Below are positions 16,001-28,237 of a DNA stretch of 64,000 nucleotides, in pieces. The notes beneath the pieces were generated by a model. It worked only from the letters and a program-made list of their open reading frames with translations. It was not told the DNA's origin and did not search any database. Each line of letters opens with the position of its first letter. The first letter of the stretch is position 1. Source of the stretch: Eledone cirrhosa (lineage: Eukaryota); NCBI GenBank assembly GCA_964016885.1, contig OZ024755.1, forward strand, positions 38,564,001 to 38,628,000, written 5' to 3'. Position numbers and translations under genes: made by a program.

Positions 16001-19000
16001 CAACCGTAATACTGTAGTAAGGTAAACAGCATCTGTCGTCTGTATTACCAGTAATTAATTCGGGACAACCGTAATACTGTAGTAAGGTAAACAGCATCTG
16101 TCATCTGTATTACCAGTAATTAATTAGGGACAACCGTAATACTGTAGTAAGGTAAACAGCATCTGTCATCTGTATTACCAGTAATTAATTCGGGACAACC
16201 GTAATACTGTAGTGAGGTAAACAGCATCTGTCATCTGTATTACCAGTAATTAATTAGGGACAACCGTAATACTGTAGTAAGGTAAACAGCATCTGTCATC
16301 TGTATTACCAGTAATTAATTCGTGACAATCGTAATACTGTAGTAAGGTAAACAAGATCTGTCATCCTGTATTACCAGTAATTAATTCGGGTCAACCGTAA
16401 TACTGTAGTAAGGTAAACAGCATCTGTCATCTGTATTACCAGTAATTAATGCGGGACAATCGTAATACTGTAGTAAGGTAAACAGCATCTGTCATCTGTA
16501 TTACCAGTAATTAATGCGGGACAACCGTAATACTGTAGTAAGGTAAACAGCATCTGTCATCTGTATTACCAGTAATTAATTCGGGACAACCGTAATACTG
16601 TAGTAAGGTAAACAAGATCTGTCATCTGTATTACCAGTAATTAATTATGGACAATCGTAATACTGTAGTAAGGTAAACAGCATCTGTCATCTGTATTACC
16701 AGTAATTAATGCGGGACAATCGTAATACTGTAGTAAGGTAAACAGCATCTGTCATCTGTATTACCAGTAATTAATTAGGGACAACCGTAATACTGTAGTA
16801 AGGTAAACAGCATCTGTCATCTGTATTACCAGTAATTAATTCGTGACAATCGTAATACTGTAGTAAGGTAAACAAGATCTGTCATCTGTATTACCAGTAA
16901 TTAATTCGGGTCAACCGTAATACTGTAGTAAGGTAAACAGCATCTGTCATCTGTATTACCAGTAATTAATGCGGGACAATCGTAATACTGTAGTAAGGTA
17001 AACAGCATCTGTCATCTGTATTACCAGTAATTAATGCGGGACAACCGTAATACTGTAGTAAGGTAAACAGCATCTGTCATCTGTATTACCAGTAATTAAT
17101 TCGGGACAACCGTAATACTGTAGTAAGGTAAACAAGATCTGTCATCTGTATTACCAGTAATTAATTATGGACAATCGTAATACTGTAGTAAGGTAAACAG
17201 CATCTGTCATCTGTATTACCAGTAATTAATGCGGGACAATCGTAATACTGTAGTAAGGTAAACAGCATCTGTCATCTGTATTACCAGTAATTAATGCGGG
17301 ACAATCGTAATACTGTAGTAAGGTAAACAGCATCTGTCATCTGTATTACCAGTAATTAATTAGGGACAACCGTAATACTGTAGTAAGGTAAACAGCATCT
17401 GTCATCTGTATTACCAGTAATTAATTCGGGACAACCGTAATACTGTAGTAAGGTAAACAAGATCTGTCATCTGTATTACCAGTAATTAATTAGGGACAAT
17501 CATAATACTGTAGTAAGGTAAACAGCATCTGTCATCTGTATTACCAGTAATTAATTAGGGACAATCATAATACTGTAGTAAGGTAAACAGCATCTGTCAT
17601 CTGTATTACCAGTAATTAATGCGGGACAACCGTAATACTGTAGTAAGGTAAACAGCATCTGTCATCTGTATTACCAGTAATTAATTAGGGACAATCGTAA
17701 TACTGTAGTAAGGTAAACAGCATCTGTCATCTGTATTACCAGTAATTAATTAGGGACAATCGTAATACTGTAGTAAGGTAAACAACATCTGTCATCTGTA
17801 TTACCAGTAATTAATTCGGGACAATCGTAATACTGTACTAAGGTAAACAGCATCTGTCATCTGTATTACCAGTAATTAATTCAGGACAATCGTAATACTG
17901 TAGTAAGGTAAACAGCATCTGTCATCTGTATTACCAGTAATTAATTCGGGTCAACCGTAATACTGTAGTAAGGTAAACAGCATCTGTCATCTGTATTACC
18001 AGTAATTAATTCGGGTCAACCGTAATACTGTAGTAAGGTAAACAAGGTCTGTCATCTGTATTACCTGTAATTAATTCGGGTCAACCGTAATACTGTAGTA
18101 AGGTAAACAAGGTCTGTCATCTGTATTAAAAGTAATTAATTCAGGTCAACCGTAATACAGTAGTAAGGTAAACAAGGTCTGTCATCTGTATTACCAGTAA
18201 TTAATTCGGGTCAATCGTAATACTGTAGTAAGCTAAACAAGGTCTGTCATCTGTATTACCAGTAATTAATTCGGGTCAACCGTGATACTGTAGTAAGGTA
18301 AACAAGGTCTGTCATCTGTATTACCAGTAATTAATTCGGGACAATCGTAATACTGTAGTAAGGTAAACAAGACCTGTCATCTGTATTACCAGTAATTAAT
18401 TCGGGTCAACCGTGATACTGTAGTAAGGTAAACAGCATCTGTCATCTGTATTACCAGTAATTAATTCGGGTCAACCGTAATACTGTAGTAAGGTAAACAA
18501 GGTCTGTCATCTGTATTACCAGTAATTAATTCGGGACAATCGTAATACTGTAGTAAGGTAAACAAGACCTGTCATCTGTATTACCAGTAATTAATTCGGG
18601 TCAACCGTGATACTGTAGTAAGGTAAACAGCATCTGTCATCTGTATTACCAGTAATTAATTCGGGACAACCGTAATACAGTAGTAAGGTAAACAGCATCT
18701 GTCATCTGTATTACCAGTAATTAATTCGGGACAACCGTAATACTGTAGTAAGGTAAACAGCATCTGTCATCTGTATTACCAGTTATTAATTCGGGACAAC
18801 CGTAATACTGTAGTAAGGTAAACAGCATCTGTCATCTGTATTACCAGTAATTAATTCGGGTCAATCGTAATACTGTAGTAAGGTAAACAGCATCTGTCAT
18901 CTGTATTACCAGTAATTAATTCGGGACAATCGTAGTACATGATCTGTCATCTGTATTACTAGTAATTAATGCGGGTCAATCGTAATACTGTAGTAAGGTA

Positions 19001-22000
19001 AACAAGACCTGTCATCTGTATTACCAGTAATTAATGCGGGTCAATCGTAATACTGTAGTAAGGTAAACAAGACCTGTCATCTGTATTACTAGTAATTAAT
19101 GCGGGTCAATCGTAATACTGTAGTAAGGTAAACAAGACCTGTCATCTGTATTACCAGTAATTAATGCGGGTCAATCGTAATACTGTAGTAAGGTAAACAA
19201 GACCTGTCATCTGTATTACTAGTAATTAATGCGGGTCAATCGTAATACTGTAGTAAGGTAAACAAGACCTGTCATCTGTATTACCAGTAATTAATGCGGG
19301 TCAATCGTAATACTGTAGTAAGGTAAACAAGACCTGTCATCTGTATTACTAGTAATTAATGCGGGTCAATCGTAATACTGTAGTAAGGTAAACAAAACCT
19401 GTCATCTGTATTACCAGTAATTAATGCGGGTCAATCGTAATACTGTAGTAAGTTAAACAAGACCTGTCATCTGTATTACTAGTAATTAATGCGGGTCAAT
19501 CGTAATACTGTAGTAAAGTAAACAAGACCTGTCATTTGTATTACCAGTAATTAATGCGGGTCAATCGTAATACTGTAGTAAGGTAAACAGCATATGTTAT
19601 CTGTATTACCAGTAATTAATTCGGGACAATCGTAATACTGTAGTAAGGTAAACAGCATCTGTCATCTGTATTACCAGTAATTAATTAGGGACAATCGTAA
19701 TACTGTAGTAAGGTAAACAACATCTGTCATCTGTATTACCAGTAATTAATTCGGGACAATCGTAATACTGTACTAAGGTAAACAGCATCTGTCATCTGTA
19801 TTACCAGTAATTAATTCAGGACAATCGTAATACTGTAGTAAGGTAAACAGCATCTGTCATCTGTATTACCAGTAATTAATTCGGGTCAACCGTAATACTG
19901 TAGTAAGGTAAACAGCATCTGTCATCTGTATTACCAGTAATTAATTCGGGTCAACCGTAATACTGTAGTAAGGTAAACAAGGTCTGTCATCTGTATTACC
20001 TGTAATTAATTCGGGTCAACCGTAATACTGTAGTAAGGTAAACAAGGTCTGTCATCTGTATTAAAAGTAATTAATTCAGGTCAACCGTAATACAGTAGTA
20101 AGGTAAACAAGGTCTGTCATCTGTATTACCAGTAATTAATTCGGGTCAATCGTAATACTGTAGTAAGCTAAACAAGGTCTGTCATCTGTATTACCAGTAA
20201 TTAATTCGGGTCAACCGTGATACTGTAGTAAGGTAAACAAGGTCTGTCATCTGTATTACCAGTAATTAATTCGGGACAATCGTAATACTGTAGTAAGGTA
20301 AACAAGACCTGTCATCTGTATTACCAGTAATTAATTCGGGTCAACCGTGATACTGTAGTAAGGTAAACAGCATCTGTCATCTGTATTACCAGTAATTAAT
20401 TCGGGTCAACCGTAATACTGTAGTAAGGTAAACAAGGTCTGTCATCTGTATTACCAGTAATTAATTCGGGACAATCGTAATACTGTAGTAAGGTAAACAA
20501 GACCTGTCATCTGTATTACCAGTAATTAATTCGGGTCAACCGTGATACTGTAGTAAGGTAAACAGCATCTGTCATCTGTATTACCAGTAATTAATTCGGG
20601 ACAACCGTAATACAGTAGTAAGGTAAACAGCATCTGTCATCTGTATTACCAGTAATTAATTCGGGACAACCGTAATACTGTAGTAAGGTAAACAGCATCT
20701 GTCATCTGTATTACCAGTTATTAATTCGGGACAACCGTAATACTGTAGTAAGGTAAACAGCATCTGTCATCTGTATTACCAGTAATTAATTCGGGTCAAT
20801 CGTAATACTGTAGTAAGGTAAACAGCATCTGTCATCTGTATTACCAGTAATTAATTCGGGACAATCGTAGTACATGATCTGTCATCTGTATTACTAGTAA
20901 TTAATGCGGGTCAATCGTAATACTGTAGTAAGGTAAACAAGACCTGTCATCTGTATTACCAGTAATTAATGCGGGTCAATCGTAATACTGTAGTAAGGTA
21001 AACAAGACCTGTCATCTGTATTACTAGTAATTAATGCGGGTCAATCGTAATACTGTAGTAAGGTAAACAAGACCTGTCATCTGTATTACCAGTAATTAAT
21101 GCGGGTCAATCGTAATACTGTAGTAAGGTAAACAAGACCTGTCATCTGTATTACTAGTAATTAATGCGGGTCAATCGTAATACTGTAGTAAGGTAAACAA
21201 GACCTGTCATCTGTATTACTAGTAATTAATGCGGGTCAATCGTAATACTGTAGTAAGGTAAACAAGACCTGTCATCTGTATTACTAGTAATTAATGCGGG
21301 TCAATCGTAATACTGTAGTAAGGTAAACAAGACCTGTCATCTGTATTACTAGTAATTAATGCGGGTCAATCGTAATACTGTAGTAAGGTAAACAAAACCT
21401 GTCATCTGTATTACCAGTAATTAATGCGGGTCAATCGTAATACTGTAGTAAGGTAAACAAGACCTGTCATCTGTATTACTAGTAATTAATGCGGGTCAAT
21501 CGTAATACTGTAGTAAGGTAAACAAGACCTGTCATCTGTATTACTAGTAATTAATGCGGGTCAATCGTAATACTGTAGTAAGGTAAACAAGACCTGTCAT
21601 CTGTATTACTAGTAATTAATGCGGGTCAATCGTAATACTGTAGTAAGGTAAACAAGACCTGTCATCTGTATTACTAGTAATTAATGCGGGTCAATCGTAA
21701 TACTGTAGTAAGGTAAACAAAACCTGTCATCTGTATTACCAGTAATTAATGCGGGTCAATCGTAATACTGTAGTAAGGTAAACAAGACCTGTCATCTGTA
21801 TTACTAGTAATTAATGCGGGTCAATCGTAATACTGTAGTAAGGTAAACAAGACCTGTCATCTGTATTACTAGTAATTAATGCGGGTCAATCGTAATACTG
21901 TAGTAAGGTAAACAAGACCTGTCATCTGTATTACTAGTAATTAATGCGGGTCAATCGTAATACTGTAGTAAGGTAAACAAGACCTGTCATCTGTATTACT

Positions 22001-24710
22001 AGTAATTAATGCGGGTCAATCGTAATACTGTAGTAAGGTAAACAAAACCTGTCATCTGTATTACCAGTAATTAATGCGGGTCAATCGTAATACTGTAGTA
22101 AGGTAAACAAGACCTGTCATCTGTATTACTAGTAATTAATGCGGGTCAATCGTAATACTGTAGTAAGGTAAACAAGACCTGTCATCTGTATTACTAGTAA
22201 TTAATGCGGGTCAATCGTAATACTGTAGTAAGGTAAACAAAACCTGTCATCTGTATTACCAGTAATTAATGCGGGTCAATCGTAATACTGTAGTAAGGTA
22301 AACAAGACCTGTCATCTGTATTACTAGTAATTAATGCGGGTCAATCGTAATACTGTAGTAAGGTAAACAAGACCTGTCATCTGTATTACTAGTAATTAAT
22401 GCGGGTCAATCGTAATACTGTAGTAAGGTAAACAAGACCTGTCATCTGTATTACTAGTAATTAATGCGGGTCAATCGTAATACTGTAGTAAGGTAAACAA
22501 AACCTGTCATCTGTATTACCAGTAATTAATGCGGGTCAATCGTAATACTGTAGTAAGGTAAACAAGACCTGTCATCTGTATTACTAGTAATTAATGCGGG
22601 TCAATCGTAATACTGTAGTAAGGTAAACAAAACCTGTCATCTGTATTACCAGTAATTAATGCGGGTCAATCGTAATACTGTAGTAAGGTAAACAAGACCT
22701 GTCATCTGTATTACTAGTAATTAATGCGGGTCAATCGTAATACTGTAGTAAGGTAAACAAGACCTGTCATCTGTATTACTAGTAATTAATGCGGGTCAAT
22801 CGTAATACTGTAGTAAAGTAAACAAGACCTGTCATTTGTATTACCAGTAATTAATGCGGGTCAATCGTAATACTGTAGTAAAGTAAACAAGACCTGTCAT
22901 TTGTATTACCAGTAATTAATGCGGGTCAATCGTAATACTGTAGTAAGGTAAACAAAACCTGTCATCTGTATTACCAGTAATTAATGCGGGTCAATCGTAA
23001 TACTGTAGTAAGTTAAACAAGACCTGTCATCTGTATTACTAGTAATTAATGCGGGTCAATCGTAATACTGTAGTAAAGTAAACAAGACCTGTCATTTGTA
23101 TTACCAGTAATTAATGCGGGTCAATCGTAATACTGTAGTAAGGTAAACAGCATCTGTTATCTGTATTACCAGTAATTAATTCGGGACAATCGTAATACTG
23201 TAGTAAGGTAAACAGCATCTGTCATCTGTATTACCAGTAATTAATTCGGGACAACCGTAATACTGTAGTAAGGTAAACAAGACCTGTCATCTGTATTACC
23301 AGTAATTAATTCGGGTCAATCGTAATACTGTAGTAAGGTAAACAGCATCTGTCATCTGTATTACCAGTAATTAATGCGGGTCAACCGTAATACTGTAGTA
23401 AGGTAAACAGCATCTGTCATCTGTATTACCAGTAATTAATGCGGGTCAACCGTAATACTGTAGTAAGGTAAACAAGACCTGTCATCTGTATTACCAGTAA
23501 TTAATTCGGGTCAATCGTAATACTGTAGTAAGGTAAACAGCATCTGTCATCTGTATTACCAGTAATTAATTCGGGTCAATCGTAATACTGTAGTAAGGTA
23601 AACAGCATCTGTCATCTGTATTACCAGTAATTAATTCGGGACAACCGTAATACTGTAGTAAGGTAAACAGCATCTGTCATCTGTATTACCAGTAATTAAT
23701 GCGGGTCAATCGTAATACTGTAGTAAGGTAAACAGCATCTGTCATCTGTATTACCAGTAATTAATGCGGGACAATCGTAATACTGTAGTAAGGTAAACAG
23801 CATCTGTCATCTGTATTACCAGTAATTAATTCGGGACAATCGTAATACTGTAGTAAGGTAAACAAGACCTGTCATCTGTATTACCAGTAATTAATGCGGG
23901 TCAATCGTAATACTGTAGTAAGGTAAACAGCATCTGTCATCTGTATTACCAGTAATTAATTCGGGTCAACCGTAATACTGTAGTAAGGTAAACAAGACCT
24001 GTCATCTGTATTACCAGTAATTAATGCGGGTCAATCGTAATACTGTAGTAAGGTAAACAGCATCTGTCATCTGTATTACCAGTAATTAATTCGGGACAAT
24101 CGTAATACTGTAGTAAGGTAAACAAGACCTGTCATCTGTATTACCAGTAATTAATGCGGGTCAATCGTAATACTGTAGTAAGGTAAACAGCATCTGTCAT
24201 CTGTATTACCAGTAATTAATTCGGGTCAACCGTAATACTGTAGTAAGGTAAACAGCATCTGTCATCTGTATTACCAGTAATTAATGCGGGTCAATCGTAA
24301 TACTGTTGTAAGGTAAACAGCATCTGTCATCTGTATTACCAGTAATTAATTCGGGACAATCGTAATACTGTAGTAAGGTAAACAGCATCTGTCATCTGTA
24401 TTACCAGTAATTAATTCGGGACAATCGTAATACTGTAGTAAGGTAAACAGCATCTGTCATCTGTATTACCAGTAATTAATTCGGGTCAATCGTAATACTG
24501 TAGTAAGGTAAACAGCATCTGTCATCTGTATTACCAGTAATTAATTCGGGACAATCGTAATACAGTAGTAAGGTAAACAAGACCTGTCATCTGTATTACC
24601 AGTAATTAATGCGGGTCAATCGTAATACAGTAGTAAGGTAAACAGCATCTGTCATCTGTATTACCAGTAATTAATGCGGGACAACCGTAATACAGTAGTA
24701 AGGTAAACAG
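1030..24710. repeat. 65-bp tandem satellite, ~360 copies, with higher-order structure
   Basis: Unit CTGTCATCTGTATTACCAGTAATTAATTCGGGACAACCGTAATACTGTAGTAAGGTAAACAGCAT, period 65 (e.g. 1411 to 1476), head-to-tail with no spacers and no ORFs. Confidence 0.99.
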
Positions 24711-25030
24711 GCGCTTGGAAAGCTTCAACACAATAATTGCCATACTTTCCACTCAGCCACCGCCATTCTTCAGTTCAATATTTTGCCATCAAAGTTATTT
24801 TCTAGCCAACGGCAAGAAAATATTTATCTATTTAGAATAGAAAATATTTCAGTTTTCCATATACAGCAATTAATAAAGGAATCAATCTTCAAAAGTATAT
24901 ATTAGTTAGATTAAGACTTTGATATTACAATACCATATAAGGTAATTTAGACAAGCCTGTGGCAAAACAACGGCAAACCAGAGCATTTATTATATTAAGA
25001 TATAGCATTAGGATTGATGACATTAGTGAG

Positions 25031-25498
25031 ATGGTGGTGGTGGTGGTGTTTTTGTTGGTGGTGGTGGTGTTGGTGGTGGTGGTGTTGGTGCTGTTGGTGG
25101 TGGTGGTGGTGGTGGTGGTGGTGGTGATGGTGGTGTTGGTGATGGTGGTGGTGGTGGTGTTGGTGGTGGTGTTGGTGGTGGTGGGTGGTGGTGGTGTTGG
25201 TGATGTTGTTGGTGGTGGTATCGGTGTGGTGGTGATGTTGTTGGTGGTGTTGGTGGTGGTGGTGGTGGTGGTGTTGTTGGTGGTGATGGTGGTGGTGATG
25301 ATGGTGGTGGTGATGGTGGTGATGTTGGTGGTGATGTTGTTGGTGGTGGTGTTGGTGGTGATGTTGTTGTTGTTGGTGGTGGTGGTGATGTTGTTGGTGG
25401 TGGTGAAGAAGAAGAAGAAGAAGAAGAAGAAGAAGAAGAAGAAGAAGAAGAAGAAGAAGAAGAAGAAGAAGAAGAAGAAGAAGAAGAAGAAGAAGAAG
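25031..25498. repeat. Compound trinucleotide repeat (GGT/GTT/GAT)n followed by pure (GAA)~31
   Basis: Seen directly; explains the poly-V/K and poly-T/F ORFs. Confidence 0.97.
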
Positions 25499-25949
25499 CG
25501 GAATGATGACGAAAGCAATATTCTCCTCAATTCTTCGATATTAATGATCGAACAACAACTCAACATATTTTAAAAAACTTGTCTCTGTAGTTATTTTTGT
25601 CAGTCCTAAAAATTGTGAATCTGAAGTTGTAAAATGGAATACGTCAGAGAGTGTATATATTTGTGGGTGTATATAGTGATTTGGCAATGGAAGCGTATTC
25701 AGTTATTAGCCAATCAAGGCGTATCAAGTTCTTAACCAATCAGAGCGTATCAAGTTATTAACCAGAGCATATTCACTCCTCAACCGTTCAACTCCAATCA
25801 GAGTTACTAAACCGCCCATATACAGACTAAAGACTAAAGCAACTAAAACCCATCAAGAACCAACAAACCCACAGGGAATATCCTTTCTATTAACTTCAAA
25901 CATTGCACCAATTCACCACAGAAAAGCCTGAGGTGGGGCCTTAAGCTAA

Positions 25950-26355
25950 GTGTAGGTTTTGCCATTCGAACTGAGCTAACCAGCCATCTTGTGTAACTTT
26001 ATGGTGTTAAGTGATGGAACCATGGCCCTCAGCCGTTCTTTGAGTATATTTTCAGTTTATGTTACGACAAACTTCAGTACCGTGGAATCGATAATGGTAT
26101 TCTATTAAGATCTTTGATCTTGGACATATGAATAGGAAATGGAGTGCACCGTCTTCAGCTCCACATTGAATTTGAACTGGTTATTTGTAACTCCTTTCTC
26201 CACCAGAGGGACGCTCACCAGGTTACTTGGATTCTCCCAACATCCAAACATGGGAGTATTCTTGATTATGTCGTGTCTTAAACATCAAACATAAAATAAG
26301 ATCTAATGGGACAAGCTTCTTCCTCTCCCTAAAGATTACTCTTTTTACCTTGCCA
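25950..26355 (-). pseudogene. Degraded LINE (L1/Tx1-like) C-terminal zinc-knuckle remnant
   Basis: Minus-strand translation includes QCGAEDGALHFLFICPRSK, resembling the CCHC knuckle of non-LTR ORF2; frames are broken. Confidence 0.4.
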
Positions 26356-26431
26356 TGAAGTACATGTACTACGGAAAAAGTACACAATCCATTATAAATA
26401 CAAATATCTTGCTTGAGATACACCAACGCAT

Positions 26432-26480
<49 letters not shown>

Positions 26481-26486
<6 letters not shown>

Positions 26487-26925
26487 ATAATAATAAATTT
26501 GAAGACTAAAATCCAAAGAGGGCTCGATAAGGATAAATATATATCAAATATATAAGAACCGTAGAGCAAATATTTATTAAAATAACAGATTAAAGTTCAA
26601 GCAAAGAATCGCTGCTTTCACCCATAACGGGATCTTCTGAAACTAACAAAGTCAATCTGTGAACGCAGAATATATATATATATATATGCAAAAGTTCTAT
26701 TTAAAGTTGTTGGACAGCCTCCAAAAGTAATGGTTGTATTTTAAAAGGGTACGTCAAAGCTATTTGTAAAACTGTTATATATTGTATTTTGTCTGATGAA
26801 GGCATACCATAATTTAATATGGTATCCCTGAAATATGTATAATGAAATAAATATGGTTTTATAAATATAGTTTCCATTTATTAATATCGTATATATATAT
26901 ATATATATTTAAAAGAATAGAGGTG

Positions 26926-26970
<45 letters not shown>

Positions 26971-27151
26971 ATAATAATAAATTTGAAGACTAAAATCCAA
27001 AGAGGGGTCGATAAGGATAAATATATATCAAATATATAAGAACCGTAGAGCAAATATTTATTAAAATAACAGATTAAAGTTCAAGAAAAGAATCGCTGCT
27101 TTCACCCTTAACGGGATCTTCTGAAACTAACAAAGTCAATCTGTGAACGCA

Positions 27152-27155
<4 letters not shown>
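26481..27155 (-). mobile_element. Two direct ~190-bp copies (26481-26670, 26966-27155) of a TA-embedded element with a hammerhead-like variant core
   Basis: Near-identical copies; further copies at 38093-38145, 47909-47975 and 52683-53060. Minus strand reads CAGAAGA-tccc-gttaa-gggt-GAAA (U4A core variant, no clear stem I or UH). Confidence 0.6.
26787..26845 (+). ncRNA. Hammerhead ribozyme-like motif (type I, degenerate stem I)
   Basis: CTGATGA (26793-99), stem II AGG-c-ATACCATA/TATGGTAT-c-CCT, GAAA (26830-33), TATG-TA; stem I pairs poorly. Confidence 0.55.
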
Positions 27156-27180
<25 letters not shown>

Positions 27181-27182
<2 letters not shown>

Positions 27183-27371
27183 ACGAAGGAAATGTGGTAA
27201 GGAACCAGGTGGACCATAACGCACCAAAGTACTCAATACTTGAGGTAGTAGAGTGGGTAATAGGAACCAGTAAGACCCCGACAGCTGAGCTCAAGCCGTT
27301 TCGACGGCTAATTCTGAGAATTAGCCGTCGAAACGGCTTGAGCTCAGCTGTCGGGGTCTTACTGGTTCCTA
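27181..27371. mobile_element. TA-flanked foldback element, family A (55-bp arms centred at 27316)
   Basis: Perfect inverted repeat 27261-27315/27317-27371 containing TTTC...GAAA-CGGC-TT-GAGCTC; same family at 59391-59595, 53073-53232 and 52160-52220. Confidence 0.9.
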
Positions 27372-27416
27372 TATATATATATATATATATATATATTTAA
27401 AAGAATAGAGGTGTAA

Positions 27417-27455
<39 letters not shown>

Positions 27456-27456
27456 T

Positions 27457-28119
27457 GTAAATATCTTTAAGTCGTTTGGAAGCCTCGACAATGCAAATGG
27501 GTAAATCTCCGGGTAACAAGGTCCGGTGGTGGAGAGAGAGATGTAAGTGGGTGTACGTTGAGATGCGTGGTGTGTATAAGATGTGTAGAATGAAGGGAAG
27601 AGTAAAAGGATAAAAATAAAAATAACAACACAAGAGAGAGTTACCTTGGGAGAGATTTAATAGTCCCTATATATTTCGGATTCACATCCATCAACTGGGG
27701 GTTTTTTCCGGGGTGGGGGAAAAGGTTGTCTGTCGGACAAGTCCGGAAGGCGTCTTTCGCTGTTTGTTGACAGCGAAAGACGCTTTCTGGACTTGTCCGA
27801 CAGACAACCTTTCCCCCACCCCGGAAAAAACCCCCAGTTGATGGATGTGAATCCGAAATATATAGGGACTATTAAATCTCTCCCAAGGTAACTCTCTCTT
27901 GTGTTGTTATTTTTATTTTTATCCTTTTACTCTTCCCTTCATTCTACACATCTCACACATCTTATACACACCACGCATCTCAACGTACACCCACTTACAT
28001 CTCTCTCTCCACCACCGGACCTTGTTACCCGGAGATTTACCCATTTGCATTGTGGATGCTTCCAAACGACTTAAAGATATTTACTTATTGTTCCACAATG
28101 CTTCAAGCAAACTTCAATA

Positions 28120-28125
<6 letters not shown>
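27457..28125. mobile_element. TA-flanked foldback element with ~310-bp arms centred ~27766
   Basis: Arms 27457-27763 and 27770-28084 are near-perfect reverse complements (mirror ORFs MCCYFYFYP on both strands); each arm has a hammerhead-like variant. Confidence 0.92.
27831..27868 (+). ncRNA. Atypical hammerhead-like motif (core CAGUUGA); mirror copy ~27664-27701 on minus
   Basis: CCC-CAGTTGA-T-GGAT gtga ATCC-GAAA-TATA-TA-GGG: topology intact, but two core substitutions. Confidence 0.45.
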
Positions 28126-28164
<39 letters not shown>

Positions 28165-28237
28165 CATATTAAGATGACAGAAAGCAATTCTTAAATTATG
28201 TTATCCTTATTACAATCACAAACTCAATAGAAATAGA

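Noticed and set aside
1030-24710. CRISPR array, or hammerhead within the 65-bp satellite
   Set aside because: No unique spacers and no cas genes in a eukaryotic context. The minus strand has CAGATGA plus a small hairpin but no GAAA box.
24925-25573. Poly-T/F and poly-V/K ORFs
   Set aside because: Products of trinucleotide repeats.
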